A DNA stretch of 64,000 nucleotides, taken from positions 1,705 to 65,704 of the forward strand of contig JAJDCK010000001.1 in the NCBI GenBank assembly GCA_029260855.1, given 5' to 3'. Both the position numbers and the translations under genes were made by a program. Every line of letters begins with the position of its first letter. The stretch's first letter is position 1. The DNA comes from Candidatus Saccharimonadota bacterium. Its GTDB lineage: Bacteria; Patescibacteriota; Saccharimonadia; Saccharimonadales; OFTM59. A model generated the notes under the pieces. The model had not been told where the DNA came from. It ran no database searches and saw only the letters and a list, made by a program, of their open reading frames with translations. Positions 39,638-49,117 of the stretch are shown in pieces.

Positions 39638-39797
39638 AGGACTTGGTCACGTCCCGCGACCCCGAAACTTCGCTATTGGCAACAAGTTGCCATCGGAAGA
39701 TTTCCTTGCGAAGTGCCACCGGCACTTCTCACCTCCATGAGCCGAAGCCCACTAGCCCCTGAAGCTAGCGCGTCTACCAATTCCGCCACATCCGCAT
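39638..39797 (-). pseudogene. Partial tRNA-Leu(CAG) duplicate interrupted in the T-loop by an 86-nt structured element
   Basis: 39731-39797 identical to 39539-39605; AGGACTTG at 39638-39645 continues the T-arm. Confidence 0.82.
39646..39731 (-). repeat. Structured element copy 2 (single unit)
   Basis: Same GTCACG...TTCTCA ends and same conserved loops as 37331-37506. Confidence 0.8.
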
Positions 39798-39851
39798 TTT
39801 AGAGCAGCTGAGGATTGAACTTTACAATCTTACGAGGTATAAGCACAAAAC

Positions 39852-40136
39852 TCAAGCGTGGGGTGGAACTTTAGTATGCTTCTTCGAAAGTCGTCTACGC
39901 TCGTGAATGGACGTAATACCACGCAGGGCTACGATGACCCACACAACATCAAGCACGACGCTGATGTGTGCACTGCGGTTTAGGTTGTAGATCATCAACA
40001 ACCCAGCACCGAGCAAGTTATCTAGCTCATACCAGAACGATGTGTTTGTCCACCGTCCTATACTGGTCCTATAAAAACCAAACAATATCAGAGCTGCACC
40101 AGTAGTACCTATAAATGTAAGCAAAGCATCGGACAT
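39852..40136 (-). CDS. Small membrane protein (CBU_0592-like)
   Basis: Three TM segments, YE..NLLGA pattern. Confidence 0.65.
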   Translation of the reverse strand: MSDALLTFIGTTGAALILFGFYRTSIGRWTNTSFWYELDNLLGAGLLMIYNLNRSAHISVVLDVVWVIVALRGITSIHERRRLSKKHTKVPPHA

Positions 40137-40142
40137 CAATTA

Positions 40143-41780
40143 TTAGTTTCTCGGCATATGATCATACAGATGCTCCATTGAGTATTCTTGCCTGAGCAGT
40201 GGCTTGATGTCGTCAAGCTTTACGTTGATTTTTACACCTGGATTCAAGATGCCGTACGGATCAAACACCTGCTTAATCTTCTGGAAAAGTTCATAAATGT
40301 CTGCTCCATACAGCTGCTCAAGGTAAGGTGCACGCAAACGCCCGTCGTTGTGCTCGCCACTAGTACTGCCACCCAGCGCTATAACCATCTTGTAGTACTC
40401 ATCAATCAGCTTAAACACCTTCTGGCGATCACCGACCTGGCCCAGGTCCAAAAACGGTTGCATGTGCAGATTTGCATTTCCGGCGTGGCCCCATAACGCA
40501 GATCGTAGATGATAACGGCCAAATAATTCGTAAACATTTTGAATGTATTTTTGAAAATTTTCAACCGGTACTATGCCGTCCTCAATAATGGGCAAGGCTC
40601 GAAGATTGCCCTCTGTATGAGCTATGAGGGCGGCGGCACTGTGTCTAATCTTCCAAAGATCTTCTTTTTTTTCCGGAGTCTTTTCTACTTGATATGTCAC
40701 CTGATACTTACTTAATATTTTTATTGTTTTTTTTGTGAGCCGCTTTTGTGTGCGGTCATTTGGGTTATCGAACTCTACCAACAAAACAAGCTTCGGAAAG
40801 GGCGCGTCAACAATACCTTTAAGCTGGTTCGGGTTATGTTCGTGCAAAAAGTTCAGCAGATTTTCGTCAACCATTTCAATTGCGCTCGGAGTTTCCGGAA
40901 GTTCGCGAAGCTCCATCACGACCTGTTCTGCTACTTGGATGTCGTCAAAAAAAGCTGCTATCAGAGTTGTGTCCGGGTTATAAACTTCTGTCTCCACCGT
41001 AGCTTCTGTAACAATTGCCAGGGTACCTTGCGAGCCAACAATAAGTGGCGTCAGATCAAACGAGCCATCTTTGCGTTTGACTTCTGACAGCGCGTATCCA
41101 GCAGAGTTCTTGCTTACGCCGATTACAGACTTGCTGATAATTGCTTTATTATCTTCTATTAGCGTGTCAATGCTACGATAAACCTCGCCTTCAAAAGTCG
41201 CCAGGCCAAGTTTTTTGTTAAGCTCCCTTTTGTTCAAGCGACGCGTTTCTATAATTTCACCGTTGGCCAGAACGACCCTTAATGCTTTGACATAGTCACG
41301 AGTGCTACCATATTTGATGGTTTTCTCGCCGGAAGCGTTATTAGCTACAGCGCCGCCTAACGTACAGTACTCAATTGAGGACGGAAATGGTGGCAAAAAA
41401 CGGTTATGTGTATGTAGTGCTTGTTGCATTTTGCCATAATTGATTCCGGGTTCAACTGTAATAGCCCCGCTCTTGCCGTCTAATTCGATAATGCGATTCA
41501 TGTGTGCCGGGAACACCACCATAATGCCAGCACCTAATGCGCCACCCGCCTGATCCGTGCCGGCTCCTCGGGCGGTAATAGGCACTACTCGACCACGCTC
41601 TGCCAGCTGCCAGCTAAATCTGGCGGTTTTACGCACATCATTTTCATTGCGCGGATAGACAATTATAGAAGGCGTAACGGTAAACACACCGCCGTCAGTG
41701 GAAAAATATTTACGAGCATCCGCGGAAGTTATAACTTCGCCAGTTAAGTGCTCTTGCAAGTAATGTGCAACTTTATTCAT
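40143..41780 (-). CDS. FAD-binding oxidoreductase (GlcD/D-lactate dehydrogenase family)
   Basis: ARGAGT, TLGGAVANNASG, GSQGTL, GHAGNANLH, SGEHNDG, LNPG. Confidence 0.9.
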   Translation of the reverse strand: MNKVAHYLQEHLTGEVITSADARKYFSTDGGVFTVTPSIIVYPRNENDVRKTARFSWQLAERGRVVPITARGAGTDQAGGALGAGIMVVFPAHMNRIIELDGKSGAITVEPGINYGKMQQALHTHNRFLPPFPSSIEYCTLGGAVANNASGEKTIKYGSTRDYVKALRVVLANGEIIETRRLNKRELNKKLGLATFEGEVYRSIDTLIEDNKAIISKSVIGVSKNSAGYALSEVKRKDGSFDLTPLIVGSQGTLAIVTEATVETEVYNPDTTLIAAFFDDIQVAEQVVMELRELPETPSAIEMVDENLLNFLHEHNPNQLKGIVDAPFPKLVLLVEFDNPNDRTQKRLTKKTIKILSKYQVTYQVEKTPEKKEDLWKIRHSAAALIAHTEGNLRALPIIEDGIVPVENFQKYIQNVYELFGRYHLRSALWGHAGNANLHMQPFLDLGQVGDRQKVFKLIDEYYKMVIALGGSTSGEHNDGRLRAPYLEQLYGADIYELFQKIKQVFDPYGILNPGVKINVKLDDIKPLLRQEYSMEHLYDHMPRN

Positions 41781-41901
41781 ACCCGTTACTGACTAGTATA
41801 CCCTCTATTAGCATTACCATATCTCTAGAGAAACATGATAGCACAGAAGACCAGCCACTAGGAAAATTGTCTTGGCATAAAAACTCTGTTTTTGAAAAAT
41901 T

Positions 41902-42423
41902 TTATTGAACTTTTTTAATAATTTTATCTACGATACGTTCAACTGGTTGAGTGGCGTCAATCATCGTAGCTCCATGTTGACGATAGGTGTCTTCTGATGA
42001 TTTATGCCAGCTTAAAACGGCTTCCTGTTCGTGCGGAGCAAATGCGAATTCTGTTGAGAGCCTATTTTTCATTCTTTGTCTAAGTGTAGCCTCGTCCAAG
42101 TACAGATAAACTAACTCACCAAATAAATCCAATACGACTTTGTCGTTTTGAGTTGTACCACACAAGAATATAGGCTTGTTTTGAGCTTGTTTTGCAAGTT
42201 GCTTAACGTGCTTTCTGTCCATCATATAATGACGGGTTTTGTGCCACTCTCTAGTCCGTCGCTCCGACGACCCGTTCCACTCGCTTTGTTCGCCAGTGAC
42301 CTTATCGTAGTAGTGGGCTATACCTTCATCAATATCACAAGCTTCGTATCCACGCCTCAATAGCTCTTTACACACTGTTGACTTTCCTGCAGTCTCAATA
42401 CCTGTTATGTATATTAAAGCCAT
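41902..42423 (-). CDS. P-loop nucleoside/nucleotide kinase-like protein
   Basis: ITGIETAGKST, MIDATQP. Confidence 0.75.
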   Translation of the reverse strand: MALIYITGIETAGKSTVCKELLRRGYEACDIDEGIAHYYDKVTGEQSEWNGSSERRTREWHKTRHYMMDRKHVKQLAKQAQNKPIFLCGTTQNDKVVLDLFGELVYLYLDEATLRQRMKNRLSTEFAFAPHEQEAVLSWHKSSEDTYRQHGATMIDATQPVERIVDKIIKKVQ

Positions 42424-42457
42424 TTTCTCTTCAGTACCAAACCCTATGCTCCTATAT

Positions 42458-42544
42458 TGGTGCGCGAGAGAGGACTTGAACCTCCACGTCCTTGCGGACA
42501 CTAGAACCTCAATCTAGCCTGTCTACCAATTCCAGCACTCGCGC
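42458..42544 (-). tRNA. tRNA-Leu(GAG)
   Basis: GCGCGAGTGCTGGAATTGGTAGACAG..TTGAGGT..GTTCAAGTCC..CGCGCACCA. Confidence 0.93.
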
Positions 42545-43201
42545 CAACAATGCCTTACTAGCATACGGATCTGTTCTGATGAAATCAATAAATTTAATCC
42601 GTTTTCTGCTAAGTGATAATGCATTTATATCCGCATACATGAATGCAAAAAGTTTTTGAGAATCCGTTTTAGCATAAGTTAGAGTTAAACCGCCTCTATT
42701 TGGCTTAATCTTACCCGGGCTAGTATTTACAAGCTCTGTATTCATGGTTTGAATCCATTGTAAAAATTTTGAGCTCGCATTTATGAACCCCGTGTAATAC
42801 ATAAAACTATTTGACCAACGCTTATCCCAATATCCATAGACCGTGCCGTCACCATCAAAATAACCTCTTAAAAAACCAGCGTAGTATTCGCTAGGTAGGA
42901 CAATCTTTCCCATCGTCTTGCTCTTGGCAGTTGTAAGGCCTGACAGTAGCAAAAAATCATAAAATGCTACATTACTAAACTGGAGGTGATAAGCCATGTT
43001 TCCGTAAGGGCTTTGCTTCGTCGAAACTTTGACATTCATACACATTATCTGTTGCACGATATCTATTATTTCTTTGTCTTTTGATGTCACGTTAATATGC
43101 CTACCGTTATTAATCAGGCAACCGTCTGCCGCAATAAGCCCCACGATATAGGCGAGTTCGGAGTTCCATGTATAAAACTTTTTATATTTATAACGGCTCA
43201 T
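42509..43201 (-). CDS. Free-standing double-motif LAGLIDADG endonuclease-like protein
   Basis: LAYIVGLIAADG and FLRGYFDGDG motifs; AT-rich; 3' end overlaps tRNA-Leu. Confidence 0.88.
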   Translation of the reverse strand: MSRYKYKKFYTWNSELAYIVGLIAADGCLINNGRHINVTSKDKEIIDIVQQIMCMNVKVSTKQSPYGNMAYHLQFSNVAFYDFLLLSGLTTAKSKTMGKIVLPSEYYAGFLRGYFDGDGTVYGYWDKRWSNSFMYYTGFINASSKFLQWIQTMNTELVNTSPGKIKPNRGGLTLTYAKTDSQKLFAFMYADINALSLSRKRIKFIDFIRTDPYASKALLARVLELVDRLD

Positions 43202-43276
43202 GTATAAATAGTATACCATTTAATATAACTTGCTCGGGAGACACCCAGCCACATACCACAATCTACCTACTACTTT

Positions 43277-45061
43277 CTACTCTTTGTTTGTCCTACCCTG
43301 ACGAATCATCCAGTTATGTACGTTGCTTAGACGGTCCGATGCGCTGTTTGCGGTTTTCACATCAAAGTTAAATAGGTTACCCCGAACTATATACAGCAAG
43401 CGGGGTTGGTACAGGGCCAATGCGGGGGCATCGTTTCGCCAAGCCTCTAGAAATGGCTTATATTTAACTGCTCTCAACTCGGGGTCAATCCTAGTGCGAC
43501 CACCTTCCAGCGCCTGGTCAGCGGGCACAGAGCTGTATTCGCTGAAATTTAAACGGTTAGTAGCCTGTGCCGCCCCCTGTGTGCTGTGCCAGTAAGCATA
43601 TACGTCCGGGTCTGCGCCCAGGCCAATCCCATTCAATAGAGCACCGTAGTTATGGTCCCTAACAATTGTTTGAAAATCTGTTTCTTCTTGTTGCTCAATT
43701 TTTACCTGCACGCCGACGCTATGCCAAGATTTTTGCAAGAATTGTGTAACATATGTAAATTCGCTGCTGTTCTGAGCCTGTAGGGTAAAGGTTAGCGGCT
43801 GCCCGTCTTTTGCTCGCACACCATTAACACCCCTTAGCCACCCCGCTTCATCTAGGAGCCGGTTAGCTTCTTCGGTGTTCGTTTCTAGCTGGACTAGTTT
43901 TCGGTCATACGCAACATGATTGCGTAAAAAGGGGCCGTCCGCCGCAATAGCTGGATAAGCTAGACCGTTTACTAGCTCTACCCTGTCTACTGCACGAACA
44001 AGCGCCTGCCGGACACGCACATCACCCAACTGCTCGTGCGAGATTCTGAAGAACACCATCACCGCCCCCGTTATAGGCACGCTGTATGCTTTAGTAGCTT
44101 CGGCCTGTTCCACAAAATCAGGCACACTATTAAGACCAACCATAGCGTTAACTTCTTTTTCCTCAAAACTCTTTAACAGCCGCTGGTCATCCCTAAAAGT
44201 ACGCACTATGAATCGCTGTAGTTTTGGGCTACCAGCATGGTAACGGCTGTTCGGAGACAAAGCTATACGCTCTTCGCGCTCCTCGGGCGTAGCGCCGCGA
44301 ACTTCAACCGTTTCCCACTTGAACGGGCCTGACCCTATCGGATTAGCGGTATTGAAATTCACAGAGCGTAGCTGGCTAACAGGCACGTCTTTGAGCAAGT
44401 GCTTTGGTACCAGCCCACTTGTTAACGAGTGCGGGAACGAAGCCAAAATATTCGGCAATGTAAATATGACCGTACTAGCATCAGGGGCTTCAACAGTGAT
44501 ACCTCGCCAACTAATAAACAGCGGAGACTTTGCATCAGGGTTCTGTATGAGTTGATAAGTAAATAAAATATCCTCCGAGGTGAGGGGTTGACCGTCGTGC
44601 CAAAAAAGCTGGTCCCTGAGCACCACAGTATACCGCCGGCCACTCTCGTCTACCGACCAGGACTTCGCTAGATCACCAACAAGTACACTTCGCTCGTCAT
44701 ACTTGAGTAATCCGGCAAAGATTAGACTTGAAACTGTTTTGTCCACCCCGGCTACTGCGTATATCGGGTTCGCGTTTGTGAATGAGCCAATAACACCCTC
44801 GGTATAAATTCCTCCAGGTACAGGGCGAAAATCACGGTAATACGAGCTCAGAGCTCGTATCTCGGTAACAACAATACCTGCCAATAGGATTAGCAGCGTC
44901 ATCCAGCTAATAACAAAACGACGCACCACATATAGTCTGCTAAGCCTACGGAAAAAATGCCGTTCTATTTGTTCCTCAGCCTGCTCACCGATATCTTCTA
45001 CCTGGCGACGCCTGTGTTTATAGCGTCTGCGCCAAATTAAACGCGTAGTTCTATTTATCAT
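43277..45061 (-). CDS. Peptide ABC transporter substrate-binding protein (family 5)
   Basis: GDLAKSW, WHDGQPLT, PIGSGPF, VRQAL, LLDEAGW. Confidence 0.9.
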   Translation of the reverse strand: MINRTTRLIWRRRYKHRRRQVEDIGEQAEEQIERHFFRRLSRLYVVRRFVISWMTLLILLAGIVVTEIRALSSYYRDFRPVPGGIYTEGVIGSFTNANPIYAVAGVDKTVSSLIFAGLLKYDERSVLVGDLAKSWSVDESGRRYTVVLRDQLFWHDGQPLTSEDILFTYQLIQNPDAKSPLFISWRGITVEAPDASTVIFTLPNILASFPHSLTSGLVPKHLLKDVPVSQLRSVNFNTANPIGSGPFKWETVEVRGATPEEREERIALSPNSRYHAGSPKLQRFIVRTFRDDQRLLKSFEEKEVNAMVGLNSVPDFVEQAEATKAYSVPITGAVMVFFRISHEQLGDVRVRQALVRAVDRVELVNGLAYPAIAADGPFLRNHVAYDRKLVQLETNTEEANRLLDEAGWLRGVNGVRAKDGQPLTFTLQAQNSSEFTYVTQFLQKSWHSVGVQVKIEQQEETDFQTIVRDHNYGALLNGIGLGADPDVYAYWHSTQGAAQATNRLNFSEYSSVPADQALEGGRTRIDPELRAVKYKPFLEAWRNDAPALALYQPRLLYIVRGNLFNFDVKTANSASDRLSNVHNWMIRQGRTNKE

Positions 45062-45064
45062 ATT

Positions 45065-45277
45065 CTAGGCAGCAACATGCAGGACAAGGGAGGCAGCGAA
45101 CACAAAAGCCAGAATAATTGTTGCTTGATGTAGTGTTCGGTCGGAACCCCTCCTGACGGTGTTGACTTCCGCACTCCCGCCAAGTCCGGCCCCCAGGCTT
45201 GCTCCGCGTGTCTGAATTAGAATAAAGATAGTCAATAAGATTCCCGAGATGATGGTGAGTAGGTTGTAAATGCTCAT
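45065..45277 (-). CDS. secG: Preprotein translocase subunit SecG
   Basis: ILIQ.RGASLG..LGG, RRG, two TM helices. Confidence 0.88.
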   Translation of the reverse strand: MSIYNLLTIISGILLTIFILIQTRGASLGAGLGGSAEVNTVRRGSDRTLHQATIILAFVFAASLVLHVAA

Positions 45278-45636
45278 CGTTCCTCCAAAATAGTCGTCAC
45301 CAAATAGTTTACCAGTCCTATAACGATACCCGCAATTATCGCCGAGGTAAAGCTCGTTACATACAGCTCCGGATATAACCGGCTAACTATGGCGACCATA
45401 AGTCCATTTACTACAATCATAAAAAGCCCAAGGCTGAATAGAATTGCGGGCAAAGATAAAATAATAACTATGGGTTTTATGATGCTGTTTACTATGGCAA
45501 GAATAAGCCCTGCTATTATGATGACCCCGATACGGCTATCGTATGTGATACCACTAAAAAGACCAGCGGCTACCCACAGCCCGAGGCTACATACGAACCA
45601 GCGCACAGCAAATCGATACATTCCACTATGTGACAT
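45274..45636 (-). CDS. Four-TM phage-holin-like family protein (YvlD/DUF360)
   Basis: N..IKP...LSLP..FSLGLF..VVNG. Confidence 0.85.
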   Translation of the reverse strand: MSHSGMYRFAVRWFVCSLGLWVAAGLFSGITYDSRIGVIIIAGLILAIVNSIIKPIVIILSLPAILFSLGLFMIVVNGLMVAIVSRLYPELYVTSFTSAIIAGIVIGLVNYLVTTILEER

Positions 45637-45654
45637 AATCCCGCCTATTGTAAT

Positions 45655-46872
45655 TTAGAACAGGGATTGGAGCAAGCCAGCGCTTAGATTGTCAACACCG
45701 CCATCAGTAATCACTACGTCATCTTCTATTCTTACACCTATACCCTCTTCGGGTATATAAATCCCGGGTTCAACAGTTAGCACTGTGTTGACCTCAAGCG
45801 GATGTTCAACCTCACCAGCATCGTGTACATCAATGCCCAAGTAATGTGAGCTAGAGTGCGGATAGTATTTGCGTATGCTTTCGCGGTCAATGGTTTTGAT
45901 AAGACCCAGCCCTCTAAGCTTTTCACCCATAAATTTTTCTATCTGCTCTTCATACTCGCGCAATAAAACGCCAGGCTTCAGCAAACTAACGGCAAAATTC
46001 TGAACCTCCGACACGCTACTATGCACTGCTTGTAGTCTTGTGCTGGGTTGGCGAGCCCAAGTCCTAGTCAGGTCGGCCGCATAATTGCGGTATTCTGCCC
46101 CTACGTCTATAAGTAGTGCATCGTTGGCCCCAACCGGAGCTCTGTTGTTCACCGGGTGTATCTGGCATCCCCGGGCACCAGCCGCAATAATTGGGACAAA
46201 ACTGTGTCCTGAACCACCCCGCCCGACAAATTCCCTGCTAAGCTCTAGCTCAATCTCAAACTCACCTTCATAAAGATTTTTATTAAACTTGCTATGGACG
46301 ACCGTTAATGACTCGACTGTTATGTCCACCGCCTTAGCTATTGCCTCAAGTTCAGCCGGTTGCTTTATCATTCGCATACGCTGTAGATGCGCCCTCAGGT
46401 CCAACAACTTAATGTCTTGGTTAAAATATTCTATGTCTTTAACGAGCTTACGTCTTGCGGGGTTAGTATACATCCCTAGTGATTTGATAAATGCAGGCGA
46501 AGGAGATAGGGTGGCTACATTTTTGACTTTCTTAATGCGTGAACCCAGGCGCTTCCAGCCATCTTTTTCGGAGAATACTTGGCTAATGCCGCTCACCGTC
46601 TTTAGTGCTTCGATATCTATAGCGCCGTCAAACGCCTCACGCACAACTGAGAGTTCGGGAATTATCAAATACTCATTCCCTTTATCTATGACAAGTAGAA
46701 TATTGGGGACATCAATACCTGTTAAGTACCAGAAGCTGCCGTCTTGTTTAAACGGAAAGGTGCTATCCATGCTTCGCTGTAAAGCTCCGTTAGCAGTAAG
46801 CACAATGAGCGAGCTGTCATTAAAGAGGCTCAATAATTTAGAGCGGTTTCCTTTGAAAAAATCGGCGTCCAT
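45655..46872 (-). CDS. pepP: Xaa-Pro aminopeptidase
   Basis: LIDVGAE, ADLTRT, HYLGIDVHD, TVEPGIY, VRIEDD. Confidence 0.9.
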   Translation of the reverse strand: MDADFFKGNRSKLLSLFNDSSLIVLTANGALQRSMDSTFPFKQDGSFWYLTGIDVPNILLVIDKGNEYLIIPELSVVREAFDGAIDIEALKTVSGISQVFSEKDGWKRLGSRIKKVKNVATLSPSPAFIKSLGMYTNPARRKLVKDIEYFNQDIKLLDLRAHLQRMRMIKQPAELEAIAKAVDITVESLTVVHSKFNKNLYEGEFEIELELSREFVGRGGSGHSFVPIIAAGARGCQIHPVNNRAPVGANDALLIDVGAEYRNYAADLTRTWARQPSTRLQAVHSSVSEVQNFAVSLLKPGVLLREYEEQIEKFMGEKLRGLGLIKTIDRESIRKYYPHSSSHYLGIDVHDAGEVEHPLEVNTVLTVEPGIYIPEEGIGVRIEDDVVITDGGVDNLSAGLLQSLF

Positions 46873-46881
46873 ATCGGCTGT

Positions 46882-47598
46882 CTAGTATACGCGCCTGCTC
46901 AGCTCGCTCCAAAAAGCCTTGTGCCAGTTGTGATGCCCCCGATTATTCGGATGAAAATAGTCAGCAGCATAAATAAATAAATTGTCGTTAGCTTTGGTTG
47001 TTTCGTGTAATCGCGCAGTGCTCAGTTTCTTTCGGTTGGTTAGTTCATGAATTATCTTGTTTGCACGGGGCACGTTCTCTTCAACCCCACGCTTAATCCC
47101 GCCGCCAAAATACGGTATTTCGGCAACGACAGTATTAGCAGGCAGACCGTCCACTAGCTTTTTCATGTCACTACGGAACACATCCTCATCCCAGCCCTGA
47201 GCCAGATCATTAGACCCAAGGCCTACTGTCACCACATCCGGTTGGTAGGCCTTAAGTGCTGGCAATTGTTTTTCAATGCCATCGTTAATTTTTGCGCCAG
47301 ACTTACTTAAGTTAACGACTCGAACGGGCTGGCCCGTTTTTTGTTCCAGTGACTCTGCTATAAGCCCTACATATCCTTTGTTAGGAGAACTGGCTCCGAT
47401 ACCCACACCAACAGAATCGCCTAACGCCACGTACAGTAGTTCGTCGGCCTGATAAGACACGCTAGCACGTGCTTTCCAATATTTTCCGTAGCGGCTGCCT
47501 TGGTGCGCAAGAATGACTAAAAAAATAATTTCTATTAATACCGCCAGGAGGAGTAGGGTTCCGACTATAATCACTATGAGTTTATTATACTTCTTCAT
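46882..47598 (-). CDS. SGNH/GDSL hydrolase, membrane-anchored
   Basis: LGDS, G.ND, DYFHP. Confidence 0.9.
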   Translation of the reverse strand: MKKYNKLIVIIVGTLLLLAVLIEIIFLVILAHQGSRYGKYWKARASVSYQADELLYVALGDSVGVGIGASSPNKGYVGLIAESLEQKTGQPVRVVNLSKSGAKINDGIEKQLPALKAYQPDVVTVGLGSNDLAQGWDEDVFRSDMKKLVDGLPANTVVAEIPYFGGGIKRGVEENVPRANKIIHELTNRKKLSTARLHETTKANDNLFIYAADYFHPNNRGHHNWHKAFWSELSRRVY

Positions 47599-49117
47599 TA
47601 AACTTCGCTGGACTGGCTTTATGTTCGGAGCTCAAATATTGGCGCAGTATGGTTGTTTTTTTTACGCCCAGTATCTTTTCTAGTTCTATCTGCCGAGCCT
47701 GCATGATGCCCTTCATGGAACCAAACGTCTTCAGTAGCTTCCTGCGCGTAGCTGGCCCGATTGTTGGTATGTCGTCAAGTAAGCTCGTGGTCTGGCGTTT
47801 TGATTTCAGTGTTGTGTGGTAGCTGACCGCAAAGCGGTGCGATTCGTCACGGATTCTTTGCAAAAGTTTTATGACATTTGTGTTTTTGGGCAAGTTCACT
47901 AGCGTGTAGTCGTCGGTCTCTGCTATGAAGCCACCAAGCTTATACACAAACTCGGTATTCAAATCAACTGACGATTTATGCTTATTAACTACAATCTGTT
48001 CTTCGCGCTTGGCCAGTCCGATAAAAGGCAATCGCACCAATCCGTGCTCGTCGCGGGCACGAATAGCTGCATCTAGCTGCCCTTTGCCACCGTCAACAAG
48101 CACCAGACTCGGCAAGCCCCATTGCTTTGTGTTGCGCGCACTAAGACGCCGCGCAATCGTTTCGTGCATATTATAGAAGTCGTCGTTATGATTAAACTGA
48201 GTTTTGAATTTGCGATACTCGCTTTTATTGCTTGCGCCATTTGTAAAAACAACCATGCTTGCGACAACGTCAGTGCCTTGCTGATGGCTGATATCGTAAC
48301 CTTCAATCCGCTTAGGAAACGCTTCCAGCCGAAGCAGATCAACCAGCTCGCCCAGAGCGTGATCCTTGCTTATATCTAAAAACTCCTTGTCACTAAAAAT
48401 TACCTGTCGCGATAAACGCTGCAACGCGAACAACTGGTTTCTGCTTTTCACCGCTTTTTCAAACTCAGCTTTCTTGGCGTATGTTTTCATTTCTTTTTCC
48501 AACTCATGCTCAATACTTTTACGCTTACCTTCAATAACCATCATAAGTTTGCGTAAATTTGCACGGTATTCTTCAAGCTTAGTTTTGCCTTCTTCTAGCC
48601 CCGGGTCCAACCCCAAATGATAGTGCAAATTTGCACGTTTTTGTCCTGGTATTCGTTTAGTCGCAAAAGGGAACACTTTTCTAAGGAGTTTTAGTGCCTG
48701 GCTAACGCTCCCTGCGCTCAGGTACGGGCCATAGTACCGCGCCCCATCATCTAGGGGGCGACGCGTCGTACCAACAGTAGGAAAATCACTATTGTAGTCA
48801 ATCCTTATGTAAACCATCGATTTATCATCGCGTAGCAAAATGTTATAACGCGGCATGTAGCGTCGCACCATTTCGGCTTCAAGAAACAACGCCTCAAGCT
48901 CACTGTCCACGCACATCCAGTCAACATCTACAATTTCCGCCACAAGCGCTTCTGTCTTGGCGTCACGCGCACGACTCTTTTGAAAATACTGGCGTACGCG
49001 GTTACGCAGACTGGCCGCCTTACCCACATACACAATCTCCCCTGATTGATTTTTATGAAAATACACGCCCGGCTCTTTGGGCAACTCCTTGAGTTTTTTT
49101 TCTAATTTCTCGGTCAT
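47585..49117 (-). CDS. uvrC: Excinuclease ABC subunit C
   Basis: GVY..YVGKA, RIEGYDISH, VDGGKGQL, RDESHRFA, HhH. Confidence 0.95.
   Translation of the reverse strand: MTEKLEKKLKELPKEPGVYFHKNQSGEIVYVGKAASLRNRVRQYFQKSRARDAKTEALVAEIVDVDWMCVDSELEALFLEAEMVRRYMPRYNILLRDDKSMVYIRIDYNSDFPTVGTTRRPLDDGARYYGPYLSAGSVSQALKLLRKVFPFATKRIPGQKRANLHYHLGLDPGLEEGKTKLEEYRANLRKLMMVIEGKRKSIEHELEKEMKTYAKKAEFEKAVKSRNQLFALQRLSRQVIFSDKEFLDISKDHALGELVDLLRLEAFPKRIEGYDISHQQGTDVVASMVVFTNGASNKSEYRKFKTQFNHNDDFYNMHETIARRLSARNTKQWGLPSLVLVDGGKGQLDAAIRARDEHGLVRLPFIGLAKREEQIVVNKHKSSVDLNTEFVYKLGGFIAETDDYTLVNLPKNTNVIKLLQRIRDESHRFAVSYHTTLKSKRQTTSLLDDIPTIGPATRRKLLKTFGSMKGIMQARQIELEKILGVKKTTILRQYLSSEHKASPAKFNEEV

Noticed and set aside
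39638..39797. Interrupted tRNA copies as intron-containing functional tRNAs
   Set aside because: The 3' acceptor strand/CCA is missing, 2 nt would be lost on excision, and no group I/II core is visible
45274..45636. Holin-family gene as evidence of a prophage
   Set aside because: YvlD-type membrane protein in housekeeping context next to secG; no phage genes nearby
46289..46885. Long antisense ORFs (e.g. 198 aa opposite pepP, 148 aa opposite rplY)
   Set aside because: Shadow frames of well-conserved genes with no recognisable motifs
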